The notes: generated from the sequence alone by a model not told the origin. DNA of 64,000 nucleotides from Gammaproteobacteria bacterium (GCA_965243205.1 CBDEUK010000002.1:1152001-1216000); one strand, 5' to 3'. Counted from the first letter of the stretch, positions 28,311-39,592 are shown. Numbers and translations are program-made.

Positions 28311-30527
28311 TTGAGAACAGTTTTGATCGGTTATTTTAAAAAATATAATTATTTCATTTCACCTATTTTAATCGGCGTTATTTGTCTTATTGCTTCTATC
28401 AAAGCAATTAATTTTTACGACCAGTCATGGAAAGATAGACTCTTATCGTCCTTAAACAAAATGGGTGTGAGTAACTGTGTATACCTAACACGTCAAATAG
28501 AAAAATCTTTATCCGCTGCATATATCATGGGTAGTTTGATTAAGCAAAACAACGGTAACATTGATAAATTTGATGAATATGCAAAAGATATTTACAGTTC
28601 TTTTAGAAACATTACAAATATACAATTAGCACCTAATGGCATTATTGAAAAAATATATCCTCTCGAAGGTCATGAATCTGCATTAGGTCATGATTTAATC
28701 CATGATGATAAAAGGAAGAAAGAAGCAAAATTAGCCATTGAAACTAAAAAATTAACATTAGCAGGCCCGTTTAATTTAATTCAAGGTGGCGAAGGGATTA
28801 TTGGTCGCTATCCAATATTTATCTCATCAAGCCAAAATGAAGAAAAATTTTGGGGTTTTTCATCCGTCTTGATTTATTTAGAAGATGTTATCGTTATGTC
28901 AGGGTTGGATAATTTATCCGAAGAATATGAATATCAATTAAAACGATTACATCCCGATACATCTGAATTAGAAGTTATTGCTGGGGAAACCAACTTATCC
29001 AACTTCCAGTCTGATGAGTTTTCTGTTGCGGTCCCAAATGGAGAATGGTTTTTAACCTTGGCAATGAAACAACCATGGACTCATGCACCTTTCTATAATG
29101 CAGGTATCTCATTAGCATACATTTTATCAACACTAGTCGCATTATTATTATTCTACATATTAAGACAGCCGCTGTTATTACAAGAACTTGTTAACACGAA
29201 AACTGAACAACTAAGAAAACTCGCTCTCTATGATTCTTTAACTGGATTGTATAACCGTTATGAATTTGAAAGCCGAGTAAATTCAGTTCTTAAAAGAATA
29301 CATAGAGACAATACACAACATGTTTTGTGCTACATGGACTTGGATCAATTTAAAATAGTAAATGATACTTGTGGTCACGTAGCAGGTGATGAATTACTAA
29401 AACGAATAAGTGCTTTAATTAATAATAAAATTAGAGAAAGCGATATTCTTGCTCGATTGGGAGGAGATGAATTTGGTATTTTATTTGAAAACTGCTCTGT
29501 AAATGATGCTCAAAGAATTATGGATACGATCAGACAAGATATTCATGATTATCGATTCCATTGGAAAAATAAAATATTCAGAGTAGGTGTCAGTATTGGT
29601 CTAATTAAATTAGATAATAAGATATCAGATATTAATCAATTACTGAGCTTAGCAGACACTGCTTGTTATGTTGCTAAAGATAAAGGCCGCAATCGAATTC
29701 ATGTCTACACATTAGATGACGGAGATATCGCACAACAATTTAATGAAATGCAATGGACGACAAGAATTCATGAAGCTATAAAAAATAATCGTTTTTGTTT
29801 ATGCGCGCAACCTATTGAACCTACCTTAGATGAAGAAAAATTTTGTTATGAAATTTTACTGCGCATGGAAGATGAGGACGGTAGCATTATCTACCCCGAT
29901 CAATTTATTCCATCTGCAGAACGATATGGTTTAATGGAAGAAATTGACATGTGGGTCATTAATGAAACATTTAAAAACTTGGCGGCATTTCCAAACTTTT
30001 TACAGAATATAAAATACGTTTCAATTAATCTTTCAGGTTATGTGTTATCGAAAGACAATATGCTTGAATACATTGTCGAATCATTAAAAAAACACCATAT
30101 CAATGGCGAAAAAATATGTTTTGAAATCACAGAAACTGCTGCTGTGTCAAATATACAAAAAGCTGAAAAATTTATAAACGCATTGAAGAAACATCAATGC
30201 AGTTTTGCATTGGATGATTTTGGAAGTGGTTTATCATCATTTGCTTATCTTAAGTCATTATCTGTTGATTACTTAAAGATTGATGGTCTATTTGTAAAAA
30301 ACATGGACACACAAGAAATGGATTACGCAATGGTAAAATCTATTAATGAAATCGGCCAAATACTGGGATTAAAAACTATTGCAGAATTTGTCGAAAATAA
30401 CAAAATAAAAGCGATGTTAAAATTGTTGGGTGTCAATTACGCCCAAGGTTACGCAATAAGCAAGCCTATTGAGTTTGAATTAATTTTAAATCAATCACTC
30501 GAGCTCGAAAAAAAAATGTTTGAATGA
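28311..30527 (+). CDS. CHASE-GGDEF-EAL membrane signalling protein
   Basis: CHASE (GPFNLIQGG...GRYPIF...FWG), intact GGDEF, EAL domain (EILLR, EITET, DDFGSG, KIDG, AEFVE). TTG start uncertain. Confidence 0.9.
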   Translation: MRTVLIGYFKKYNYFISPILIGVICLIASIKAINFYDQSWKDRLLSSLNKMGVSNCVYLTRQIEKSLSAAYIMGSLIKQNNGNIDKFDEYAKDIYSSFRNITNIQLAPNGIIEKIYPLEGHESALGHDLIHDDKRKKEAKLAIETKKLTLAGPFNLIQGGEGIIGRYPIFISSSQNEEKFWGFSSVLIYLEDVIVMSGLDNLSEEYEYQLKRLHPDTSELEVIAGETNLSNFQSDEFSVAVPNGEWFLTLAMKQPWTHAPFYNAGISLAYILSTLVALLLFYILRQPLLLQELVNTKTEQLRKLALYDSLTGLYNRYEFESRVNSVLKRIHRDNTQHVLCYMDLDQFKIVNDTCGHVAGDELLKRISALINNKIRESDILARLGGDEFGILFENCSVNDAQRIMDTIRQDIHDYRFHWKNKIFRVGVSIGLIKLDNKISDINQLLSLADTACYVAKDKGRNRIHVYTLDDGDIAQQFNEMQWTTRIHEAIKNNRFCLCAQPIEPTLDEEKFCYEILLRMEDEDGSIIYPDQFIPSAERYGLMEEIDMWVINETFKNLAAFPNFLQNIKYVSINLSGYVLSKDNMLEYIVESLKKHHINGEKICFEITETAAVSNIQKAEKFINALKKHQCSFALDDFGSGLSSFAYLKSLSVDYLKIDGLFVKNMDTQEMDYAMVKSINEIGQILGLKTIAEFVENNKIKAMLKLLGVNYAQGYAISKPIEFELILNQSLELEKKMFE

Positions 30528-30609
30528 CAAAAAGATTAAAAGATATAACCTTATTAACTCTCTATCTTTAATAACCGAAAAGATCGATTTAATCAGAAAA
30601 TTATAAATG

Positions 30610-31533
30610 CTAGTTGATCATATATTTTAAATCCTCTTTTTTAGTTTTTAATAATAACAATCCAAATATAAAACCAATTAATGCTCCAATTAAGTGAGCG
30701 ATGAAATTGACATTAGAATCTGATTGTTGCGAGAGATAATAAATATTCCATCCAATATAAAACACAGCTAAGATCCAAGCCGAGAGACTAATCTTTTTAA
30801 AAAATATTAAAACCCATAATATGGCTCTAATCCTTGCCTTTGGCCAAAGGTAAACTAATGCTCCCATCATTCCAAACACTATGCCTGAAAGCCCTAAAAA
30901 TAAATTAGGAATTTCTGATCCTCCATACCAAATTGAAGATGCAATACCCACGCCTAAACTGATCGCAATAAAAAGTACAACAAATATTATTGGCCCAATA
31001 ATTAACTCAACTAATAAACCAAATGATAAATAGCCTAATATATTTCCAATTAAGTGATCCCAACTTCCATGAGCAAAAGATGATGAAATCATTTTCGTAA
31101 CATCCCAAGAACCTCCTACATAGATATATTCATTACGTAAATATTTTGGCGGATTACTTTTTTGAAATTTTTCATATCCTTTAGTTAAATATTTTTTTAC
31201 AAATTTTTTTGATTGTTCTTTTGAATAAATCGATAATTTTTTTGATTTCGAAACAAACTCATCAATAATAATTTTTGAATTTGGGTAAGTGTAAGTCTGC
31301 ATAAAAAAATACGCGCACGCTTCATTAGAATACTCTCCATAAATACTTTTTATTGCGATTTTAAATTTTCGACTTTTAATTTTTTCACAAGTCTCAATGG
31401 CTGACATCGATATATCTTCAATATTATTCTCAACACGCAAATGCAAAATTACACATAAGACAATAATGAAAATACTTAATATTGGATAGTAATTAAGCTG
31501 GACTTCAGGACGATAAGGAATAACTGCAAACAT
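30610..31533 (-). CDS. Rhomboid family intramembrane serine protease
   Basis: HGSWDHLIGN, catalytic GLSG and AHLIG; about 100-aa soluble insert after the first TM helix. Confidence 0.88.
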   Translation of the reverse strand: MFAVIPYRPEVQLNYYPILSIFIIVLCVILHLRVENNIEDISMSAIETCEKIKSRKFKIAIKSIYGEYSNEACAYFFMQTYTYPNSKIIIDEFVSKSKKLSIYSKEQSKKFVKKYLTKGYEKFQKSNPPKYLRNEYIYVGGSWDVTKMISSSFAHGSWDHLIGNILGYLSFGLLVELIIGPIIFVVLFIAISLGVGIASSIWYGGSEIPNLFLGLSGIVFGMMGALVYLWPKARIRAILWVLIFFKKISLSAWILAVFYIGWNIYYLSQQSDSNVNFIAHLIGALIGFIFGLLLLKTKKEDLKYMIN

Positions 31534-31574
31534 GATATTTCCGTATTTTTTAATTTTCCAAATATATTATTTAT

Positions 31575-32405
31575 TTACTTTAAATCATTAATTATATAAT
31601 GTGTGTCGGGCCTAAATCCACGCCAAATAAAAAACGCCTCTGCAGCCTGTTCAACTAACATACCCAAACCATCTAAGGCTTTTTCAGCACCATGTTGTAA
31701 GCTCCATTCTTGAAACACAGTCGTTTCTTTTGAATACATCATGTCGTAACTAGTTGCATGCCCATTAAAAATAGTTTCGGGTAATGGTAAAAGTTCTTTA
31801 TGCAAAGAACTCGAAGTTCCGTTAATAACTACATCAAAAGTTTGATTAACTAATGCATCATAATTTTGCGCAACTACTTTATTTTCATCGTTAAATAAAT
31901 CAGCTAATGCTTGGGCCTTGGAAACAGTTCGATTGCAAATGGTAATACTCTTAGGCTGTTGTTCTAATAAAGGTCCCAGTACACCTCTCACTGCACCACC
32001 AGCACCAAGAATTAAAATGGATTTACCATTTAAATCAACTTGGTGATTCTTAGTGAGATCATTGACTAATCCAATACCATCAGTGTTATCACCTAAACAC
32101 TTTTCTCCATCATAACTTAACGTATTAACGGCGCCTGCTAGCTTTGCTCTTTCTGTTAATTGATCGGCATATTTATAAGCATCTTCTTTAAAAGGTACCG
32201 TAATGTTAAATCCCTTACCGCCTTGTTGAAAAAAATGGTATGCCGCTTCGTCGAATTTTCCTTCTTCAACTAAGGTTGCTTGGTAATCAATAGATTGATT
32301 ACATTGCTCAGCAAATAAAGAATGAATTTTAGGGGAAAGTGAGTGTGATATGGGATTACCAAAAACCGCATAGTGATCTATTTGGTCAAACTTGGTATTA
32401 GACAT
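31575..32405 (-). CDS. aroE: Shikimate dehydrogenase
   Basis: GNPISHSLSP, NITVPFK, GAVNT, NTDGIG, GAGGA, DGLGMLVEQAA. Confidence 0.96.
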   Translation of the reverse strand: MSNTKFDQIDHYAVFGNPISHSLSPKIHSLFAEQCNQSIDYQATLVEEGKFDEAAYHFFQQGGKGFNITVPFKEDAYKYADQLTERAKLAGAVNTLSYDGEKCLGDNTDGIGLVNDLTKNHQVDLNGKSILILGAGGAVRGVLGPLLEQQPKSITICNRTVSKAQALADLFNDENKVVAQNYDALVNQTFDVVINGTSSSLHKELLPLPETIFNGHATSYDMMYSKETTVFQEWSLQHGAEKALDGLGMLVEQAAEAFFIWRGFRPDTHYIINDLK

Positions 32406-32439
32406 TACTTAAAATGTTAGTGAGGTAAATTATTTATTA

Positions 32440-33510
32440 CTAACTGCCACTGGATAAGGCATTTAATCCACCTTGTAAACAGAAAGATTTTAATCCGCGT
32501 TCACTTAAGAGATACGCTCCTGCACTACTACGACGTCCAGTATCGCAATAAGTAATGTATTGTTTATTCGGGTCTAAACTATCGGCTTTTAGTCTTAACA
32601 TAAATAAAGGTATATTCATGCTGCCTCGAATATTAGAATTTTTATGTTCACTTTCTAAACGAACATCGATTAAAACTGCTCCCTCTTTGAGCATTTGTTT
32701 CGTTTTGTCTTTATCAACCCAAGTTAACATCGGTTCTTTTAATAATTCGTTGAAATCTTTTTTCGCCAACCTCATTAAAACACCGTCTTTTGCCATGACA
32801 ATATTGGCATTGCGTTTTGCTTCTGACAGTAATGATTCTTCACCAAAAGCATCGCCTGGTCTAAGTGTGGCTAAAACTAATTCAGATCCTGTTTTAGAAG
32901 CCCTAGTGACTTTTGCTTTACCTTTTTTAATTAGATAATAATAGTCACCTTCCTCTCCTTGGTTGATGATCACATCATCTGCTTTGACTTGAAGCTCATC
33001 CATACGCATGAACATAGCTTGAATATTGGCAGGAGGAACTTGTAGAAAAGCCTTTGATTGTAGAATCCGCGTCATCCAATCATCACCGACTAAACCAACT
33101 TCTTCATCCAACGTTTCTTCTTCGACTTGAATATCACTGACATAAATACCAGACATTTGATCCCAAGTAAGAAGAATATCTAATAGGTCGCTATCAATCC
33201 GTATGATTTCACAAGCAGATTGGGTAACGGCATTGAATTGACGAGGCTGTTGATTCGCAATAGGGTGCTTTGCTGTATCAGTACCACCTTGTATTACTTT
33301 GGTTTGACCAGAACGTGAGGTTAAGCCAACCTTTCCTTGTAAAATGTAAACGGATTTACGATCACTATCCCCTTCTTTGAATAATGTGCGCCCAGAAGCG
33401 ACACTCTCTACAAATGTCTTACTGGCTAACTCTTGGAAATTCTCTCGATTCAGGGCATTGGGCGGCACTAAAGTTTTGAGTAAATCTCTATCGACTAATA
33501 CATCTGCCAT
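32440..33510 (-). CDS. Tandem cyclic-nucleotide-binding domains plus C-terminal rhodanese domain
   Basis: LFKEGD... (degenerate first domain); IINQGEEGDYYY...FGEESLLSEAKRNA (conserved second domain); rhodanese LIDVR...YCDTGRRS. Confidence 0.88.
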   Translation of the reverse strand: MADVLVDRDLLKTLVPPNALNRENFQELASKTFVESVASGRTLFKEGDSDRKSVYILQGKVGLTSRSGQTKVIQGGTDTAKHPIANQQPRQFNAVTQSACEIIRIDSDLLDILLTWDQMSGIYVSDIQVEEETLDEEVGLVGDDWMTRILQSKAFLQVPPANIQAMFMRMDELQVKADDVIINQGEEGDYYYLIKKGKAKVTRASKTGSELVLATLRPGDAFGEESLLSEAKRNANIVMAKDGVLMRLAKKDFNELLKEPMLTWVDKDKTKQMLKEGAVLIDVRLESEHKNSNIRGSMNIPLFMLRLKADSLDPNKQYITYCDTGRRSSAGAYLLSERGLKSFCLQGGLNALSSGS

Positions 33511-33542
33511 ATTGTTATCTCAAAAAATTTGGCCTCTAATGA

Positions 33543-33902
<360 letters not shown>

Positions 33903-34022
33903 TTATAAATTTATTAAACACTAAGGCTAACAATAAATACCACTTTACGCACCAAAAAATTCACTTTAATCAGTGTATTATTTTAGCCCAAGGAAAATTG
34001 ATAAAACGGTTAAAAATTGTAT

Positions 34023-34055
34023 AAAAAAACCCCTCAAACAACGTTTGAGGGGTTT
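34023..34055 (-). terminator. Intrinsic terminator of glnK-amtB
   Basis: CCCCTCAAAC-aac-GTTTGAGGGG with a T7 run on the minus strand. Confidence 0.85.
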
Positions 34056-34091
34056 AGAGTAGTAAAACTTATTTTATTAAAAGTTATATTA

Positions 34092-35354
34092 TTATTTACT
34101 GCCAGCAAATTCAGGATAAGCTTCAACACCACATTCACTGATGTCGACACCATTCACTTCCTCTTCTTCGCTAACACGGATACCCATAACTACTTTTAGG
34201 ATTGACCAAACAATCAAACTGGTAACGAATACCCAAATGAAGATAGTTGCAGCACCAATTAATTGGCCTGACATGCTAGAGCCATCGTTAGTAAACGGTA
34301 CTAAGATTAGACCAAGTAAACCAACGGTTCCGTGAACTGAGATAGCGCCCACAGGGTCATCGATTTTCATTTTATCTAACGTAACAATACTGAATACCAC
34401 TAGCACACCGCCTAAAGCACCGAAAATAGTTGCTTGTAATGCGGTAGGAGTTGAAGGCTCAGCGGTAATTGCTACTAAACCAGCCAAAGCACCGTTTAAA
34501 GCCATGGTTAAGTCCGCTTTACCAAACCATAAACGTGCTACTAATAAAGCAGCAATACATCCACCAGCTGCCGCCGCATTAGTATTCATAAATACGACAG
34601 CCACTGAGTTAGCACTTTCAACTGTAGCCGTAGCTAGCACCGAACCACCGTTAAAACCAAACCATCCTAACCAAAGTACGAATGTACCTAATGTGGCTAA
34701 TGGTAAGTTACAGCCAGGAATCGCAATGATTCGGCCATCGGCACCGTATTTACCTTTACGAGCGCCCAGCACCAATACACCTGCAAGTGCAGCTCCTGCA
34801 CCAGCCATATGCACAATACCTGAACCCGCAAAGTCAGAGAAACCTAAGTCGCCAAGGGTATACATACCAAAAACAGAAGCACCACCCCAAGTCCAACTAC
34901 CTTCCATTGGATAAATGAAACCAGTCATGACTACTGCAAAGGCTAAGAATGCCCATAGCTTCATACGCTCAGCTACAGCACCTGAAACAATTGACATTGC
35001 AGTTGCTACGAATACTACTTGGAAATAGAAATCCGCTGATGGTGCATAAGTCGCTGGCTCTTCAGCGCCCGTATATCCATCACCTGTAATTCCACTTAAA
35101 AACATGACGAATTCATCACCGCCATACATGATTGAATAACCACACACCATATACATGATGCTGGCCACTGCAAATAATGCGATGTTCTTGGTTAAAATTT
35201 CAGTGGTATTTTTAGCTCGCACTAAACCTGCTTCGAGCATGGCGAAACCAGCCGCCATCCACATAACTAGGGCACCGCAAATTAGAAAATAGAAAGTGTC
35301 CAGCGCATATTGTAACTCTGTCACCGCTGAAGCAACTGATGCTAATTCTTCCAC
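34092..35354 (-). CDS. amtB: Ammonium transporter
   Basis: GFAMLEAG, SGAVAER, DFAGSGIVH, WFGFNGGS, DDPVGAISVHG. Confidence 0.97.
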   Translation of the reverse strand: MEELASVASAVTELQYALDTFYFLICGALVMWMAAGFAMLEAGLVRAKNTTEILTKNIALFAVASIMYMVCGYSIMYGGDEFVMFLSGITGDGYTGAEEPATYAPSADFYFQVVFVATAMSIVSGAVAERMKLWAFLAFAVVMTGFIYPMEGSWTWGGASVFGMYTLGDLGFSDFAGSGIVHMAGAGAALAGVLVLGARKGKYGADGRIIAIPGCNLPLATLGTFVLWLGWFGFNGGSVLATATVESANSVAVVFMNTNAAAAGGCIAALLVARLWFGKADLTMALNGALAGLVAITAEPSTPTALQATIFGALGGVLVVFSIVTLDKMKIDDPVGAISVHGTVGLLGLILVPFTNDGSSMSGQLIGAATIFIWVFVTSLIVWSILKVVMGIRVSEEEEVNGVDISECGVEAYPEFAGSK

Positions 35355-35409
35355 GATATTATCCTCCCAATAGATTTATCTATAGTATTTATAAGTAATT
35401 GTTTATTGA

Positions 35410-35796
<387 letters not shown>

Positions 35797-35831
35797 TTAA
35801 TTATTGAAGTAATGATTACAGGCAAGGAATC

Positions 35832-35847
35832 AGCAGCATTTGTGCCA
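35832..35847 (-). promoter_or_regulatory. Sigma-54 promoter of glnK-amtB
   Basis: Minus strand TGGCAC-AAATG-CTGCT (GG-N10-GC). Confidence 0.85.
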
Positions 35848-35932
35848 TTGAAATATTATCTATATATTTCAATATGTTACTTGAGATTTTAGATAAAAAT
35901 TATGCGGATTTAGTTTAAAAATATTAAATATT

Positions 35933-35981
35933 TGCACTTATTTTGTGCGCTTATAAAAAGACTTTGTATTGATTTGGTGCA
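35933..35981. promoter_or_regulatory. Tandem NtrC binding sites
   Basis: TGCACTTATTTTGTGCG (35933-35949) and TGTATTGATTTGGTGCA (35965-35981), 32 bp apart, about 100 bp upstream of the sigma-54 site; IHF-like TTTCAATATGTTA in between. Confidence 0.8.
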
Positions 35982-36121
35982 AAGATAAAACTAGATTTTA
36001 ATGAGTTCTAAAACAAACTACATATTTTTAAATCATGTATTTTTACTGAGTATTTAACAGAAAAAGACTAAGATTAAACATACATTAACTATTCACAACA
36101 CTTAATACTCATTTTTGAACT

Positions 36122-36370
36122 ATGGACTCTATAACAGCCGAAAAGATTAAATTATTCACTCAACAAATCAGTCAATTAATTCCTGATGATATGCAAAGTA
36201 TAAAAATGGACTTGGAAAAAAATATTTATATTGCTATTGAATCTACATTCAAACAAATGGATCTAGTGACTAGAGAAGAATTTGATACACAGACTGCTGT
36301 GTTAAATAAAACTCGTCAATTGCTTGAAGAATTAAAACAAAAAATAACTGAATTAGAAGATACGCCTTAA
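36122..36370 (+). CDS. ubiK: UbiK/YqiC (BMFP) family accessory factor
   Basis: MDLVTREEFDTQTAVL...LE coiled coil; divergent from glnK and upstream of comM. Confidence 0.85.
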   Translation: MDSITAEKIKLFTQQISQLIPDDMQSIKMDLEKNIYIAIESTFKQMDLVTREEFDTQTAVLNKTRQLLEELKQKITELEDTP

Positions 36371-36579
36371 AATAGTGCAAAAAATTATTATTATCTATTC
36401 TCAAATTAAATTTTACATATAATTTACTCAATATTATTTTATTTCATTCAATTTCCCACATGAATATGTAAAGTTGAATTATCAATAAGTCATTTTGCTT
36501 AATCATCATTAGTAAAAACACTCATAACGAATTCTATATTCAAAATTATGTTAACTTATTCACGTTTTTTGCTAAAAAA

Positions 36580-36718
36580 CGCACCAATACATAACAAATA
36601 ACGCATTTTATTAGTGCGAATCTCTATTAAAAATTAGTTTTTTTTTCTTTTTTTTCATCATTTTTTTCTAATTCTCTTTTAAATTCAAAAACATACCGAT
36701 TATGGTCTAGTCCTTGCT
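36580..36718 (+). promoter_or_regulatory. NtrC-like sites and sigma-54 promoter of the porin gene
   Basis: CGCACCAAT half-site (36580), CGCATTTTATTAGTGCG (36602-36618), TGGTCT-AGTCC-TTGCT (36703-36718; GG-N10-GC). Confidence 0.65.
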
Positions 36719-36811
36719 GATTGAAGCTTCATCTAGTCGATATTCATATTGATTAGCAACATTAAGTCATTACTTATTTTTTCACTCTAAAAAACTACAC
36801 AATAGGAGAAA

Positions 36812-37564
36812 ATGATGAAGGTTCATCTAATAAAAAAACTGGTTGCTGGTTTTGCATTAGCTAGCGCTACTTCACTAGCTCACGCTGAGTTCTCTGGCAA
36901 CATCGGCATTTCAAATAACTATATCTGGCGTGGTTTAACCCAAACCAATGATGAACCTGCTATCTCAGGTGGTTTGGATTGGGCACATGATTCAGGATTT
37001 TATATCGGTACATGGGTCTCAAACGTACAATACGCTTCAGATGACGCGTTCTCATACGAACATGATATGTATGCCGGTTATGCTGGTGAATATAATGGCG
37101 TTAGTTACGATATAGGATACTTGTACTATAACTATAACGAAGAAGCTAAATTCGACTTTAGTGAAATCTATGGTAGCTTAGGTTATGGTGGTTTCAGTAT
37201 TACAGCATTTATCTTTGCACACACTCAAGCTGAAGAGAGCGCTGGTTTAACTACAGCTAACGTAGGTCGTAACTACGATTATGGTTTTGGTGAAACCTAT
37301 TACATCTCTCTTGATTATGGCTTTGCAATTCCAAACTTAGAAGGTTGGGAAGGTGGCTTACACGTTGGTTACCATGATGGTGACTTCGTTGACGGTTTTA
37401 ACTTTGCAAACGGTGTATTTGAATACCTGGATTGGAATGCTTCAATTGCTAAAGGTGGTTTCAGCTTTATGATCAGTGGTACCGATTTAGATGCTAGCGA
37501 TACTGGCCCAAGCTTAAACAACGATGACCTTAAATTTGTTGTGGGCTATTCAGTAGACTTTTAA
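36812..37564 (+). CDS. TorF-family putative outer-membrane porin
   Basis: Signal peptide; SNNYIWRGLTQT, PAISGGLD, GFYIGTWVSNV, DMYAGY; C-terminal Phe. Confidence 0.88.
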   Translation: MMKVHLIKKLVAGFALASATSLAHAEFSGNIGISNNYIWRGLTQTNDEPAISGGLDWAHDSGFYIGTWVSNVQYASDDAFSYEHDMYAGYAGEYNGVSYDIGYLYYNYNEEAKFDFSEIYGSLGYGGFSITAFIFAHTQAEESAGLTTANVGRNYDYGFGETYYISLDYGFAIPNLEGWEGGLHVGYHDGDFVDGFNFANGVFEYLDWNASIAKGGFSFMISGTDLDASDTGPSLNNDDLKFVVGYSVDF

Positions 37565-37587
37565 TTGAATATTCAATTATAAGTATT

Positions 37588-37615
37588 AAAAAAGGCCGAT
37601 TTAATCGGCCTTTTT
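37588..37615. terminator. Bidirectional intrinsic terminator
   Basis: AAAAAAGGCCGAT-tta-ATCGGCCTTTTT. Confidence 0.85.
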
Positions 37616-37632
37616 ATTAGTCTAAATAAAAG

Positions 37633-37983
37633 CTAGTTCCTTAATCTTTTTAAACGCTTATTACCAGGTTTCTCTTCTTGGTCTTGAGTTAATAAATCCC
37701 AAGTGCTCATTTTCTTTTCCTCTTCTTTCTTAGCAGTGCTACTTTCCTCATTACCAATATCCGTTAACTCTTCATCTGTATAGTTTTCTAATACAGCTAT
37801 ACAAGCTCTGCGTGCAGCCAATAGAGCCGCTTGAGAAGCTTCCTCGCCTTTCACTTCATCTTTGGCTTTCATAGATGACACAATTCCAATTGCAATACCA
37901 CGACATTCTCCTGCAGCATCCGCTGAGACTAAAACCGGTGATAACAAAGATATGCCTAAACCTAAAATAATTGTTTTTTTCAT
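37633..37983 (-). CDS. Hypothetical secreted protein with two cysteines
   Basis: Signal-peptide-like N-terminus; AAGG RBS; no family recognised. Confidence 0.65.
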   Translation of the reverse strand: MKKTIILGLGISLLSPVLVSADAAGECRGIAIGIVSSMKAKDEVKGEEASQAALLAARRACIAVLENYTDEELTDIGNEESSTAKKEEEKKMSTWDLLTQDQEEKPGNKRLKRLRN

Positions 37984-38083
37984 ATGTTTTACCTTACATA
38001 AAATGATTAATTTGATTCTATCAAAAATACTTCATAGAAGGTTATAATCTCTTCTAATAAAAATAGATTTCATGGAAGAAGTT

Positions 38084-39592
38084 ATGAGCCTAGCTATTGT
38101 TTACAGCCGCGCCCAAATTGGTATTGAAGCACCACTTGTCACTGTTGAAGTTCACCTAACAACAGGATTACCACAACTATCCATCGTTGGCTTGCCTGAA
38201 ACAGCGGTTAAGGAAAGCAAGGATAGAGTACGCAGCGCGATTCTGAATAATCATTTTGAATTTCCCTTAAAACGTATCACTATAAACCTAGCACCCGCAG
38301 ATTTACCCAAACAAGGTGGAAGATACGATTTAGCCATTGCTATTGGCATACTCGCCGCCTCAGAACAAATTGATGCAACTTGTTTAGAAAAATATGAGTT
38401 TCTTGGCGAACTCGCGCTTTCAGGAGAGGTGCGCCCAATCAGCGGTGCTCTTGCTTCTGCAACAGCGCTTAAAACGACTTCAAGAAGCTTAATATTACCA
38501 ACAGCAAATATTCAAGAAGCCGCTCTAGTAAAGAATCTAGAACTTTATAAAGCAGAACATATAACGCAAGTATGTGCTCACTTATCTAATATAAATCCTA
38601 TAAAGAACTATCAAGGATCATGTACACCAGCTAAAGCAAAAAAGCTAAAAGATATCTCAGATGTGAAAGCACAATATCATGCGAAAAGAGCTCTCGAAAT
38701 CGCTGCGGCTGGTGGACATAGCCTGTTAATGGCAGGACCACCTGGCACTGGAAAAACCATGTTAGCCGAAAGGCTTATAAGCATATTACCAGAGTTATCA
38801 GAAGACCAAGCACTTGAAACTGCAACAATTGCTTCGATAAGTCAGTCTGGATTTGAATTAGAAAATTGGTTACAACCTCCGTTTCGCGCGCCTCATCACA
38901 CCGCTTCAGCAGTGGCCTTGGTTGGTGGGGGCAATATTCCAAAGCCAGGGGAAATATCTCTCGCTCATCATGGCGTGTTATTTTTGGATGAGTTGCCAGA
39001 ATATTCCCGGCAAGTATTGGAAGTATTAAGAGAGCCATTAGAGTCTGGAAAAATTTGTATTTCCAGAGCCTCTAACCAAGCAACATTCCCTGCACAGTTT
39101 CAGTTAATCGCCGCAATGAATCCTTGTCCTTGCGGTTATTTAGGAGAACCTGGCAACCGTTGCCAATGCTCTGAAGATAAGATCCTTAAATATCGCAATC
39201 GTATTTCAGGCCCATTACTCGATCGTATCGATATTCATGTAGAAGTACCCAATATAACCGAAAAAATTTTACAAAATAGTCATGATGAAAACCGTGAAAC
39301 GAGCTTAGCTGTTCGTAAAAGAGTTGTAGCCGCTCGAAATAAACAACATAAACGTAATCAAACTCTCAATTCGAAACTATCTAGTAGAGATATAGAAAAT
39401 TATTGCACATTGAATAATGAAAACCTTCAATTACTTCAACAAGCTATCATCAAATTAAGAATTTCTGCTCGAGGTGTGCATAGAATATTAAAAGTCGCTC
39501 GCACCATTGCGGATCTTAATGATTCAGAACACATTCAAACATCGCATCTAACTGAAGCTTTGAGTTTTCGGGGTGTAGTGTACAAAAACTAA
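38084..39592 (+). CDS. comM: ComM/YifB Mg-chelatase-like AAA+ ATPase
   Basis: IVGLPETAVKESKDRVR, GPPGTGKT, PFRAPHH, LFLDELPE, AAMNPCPCG. Confidence 0.95.
   Translation: MSLAIVYSRAQIGIEAPLVTVEVHLTTGLPQLSIVGLPETAVKESKDRVRSAILNNHFEFPLKRITINLAPADLPKQGGRYDLAIAIGILAASEQIDATCLEKYEFLGELALSGEVRPISGALASATALKTTSRSLILPTANIQEAALVKNLELYKAEHITQVCAHLSNINPIKNYQGSCTPAKAKKLKDISDVKAQYHAKRALEIAAAGGHSLLMAGPPGTGKTMLAERLISILPELSEDQALETATIASISQSGFELENWLQPPFRAPHHTASAVALVGGGNIPKPGEISLAHHGVLFLDELPEYSRQVLEVLREPLESGKICISRASNQATFPAQFQLIAAMNPCPCGYLGEPGNRCQCSEDKILKYRNRISGPLLDRIDIHVEVPNITEKILQNSHDENRETSLAVRKRVVAARNKQHKRNQTLNSKLSSRDIENYCTLNNENLQLLQQAIIKLRISARGVHRILKVARTIADLNDSEHIQTSHLTEALSFRGVVYKN

Noticed and set aside
30610-31533. 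Rhomboid as the sorting enzyme for the CTERM proteins
   Set aside because: Rhombosortases act on GlyGly-CTERM tails; VPLPA/PEP-CTERM tails are exosortase substrates, and the gene is 17 kb away.
36736-36743. GTCGATAT as a sigma-28 -10 element for the porin
   Set aside because: The -35 position reads CTGA; better explained as part of a 5'-UTR hairpin after the sigma-54 promoter.
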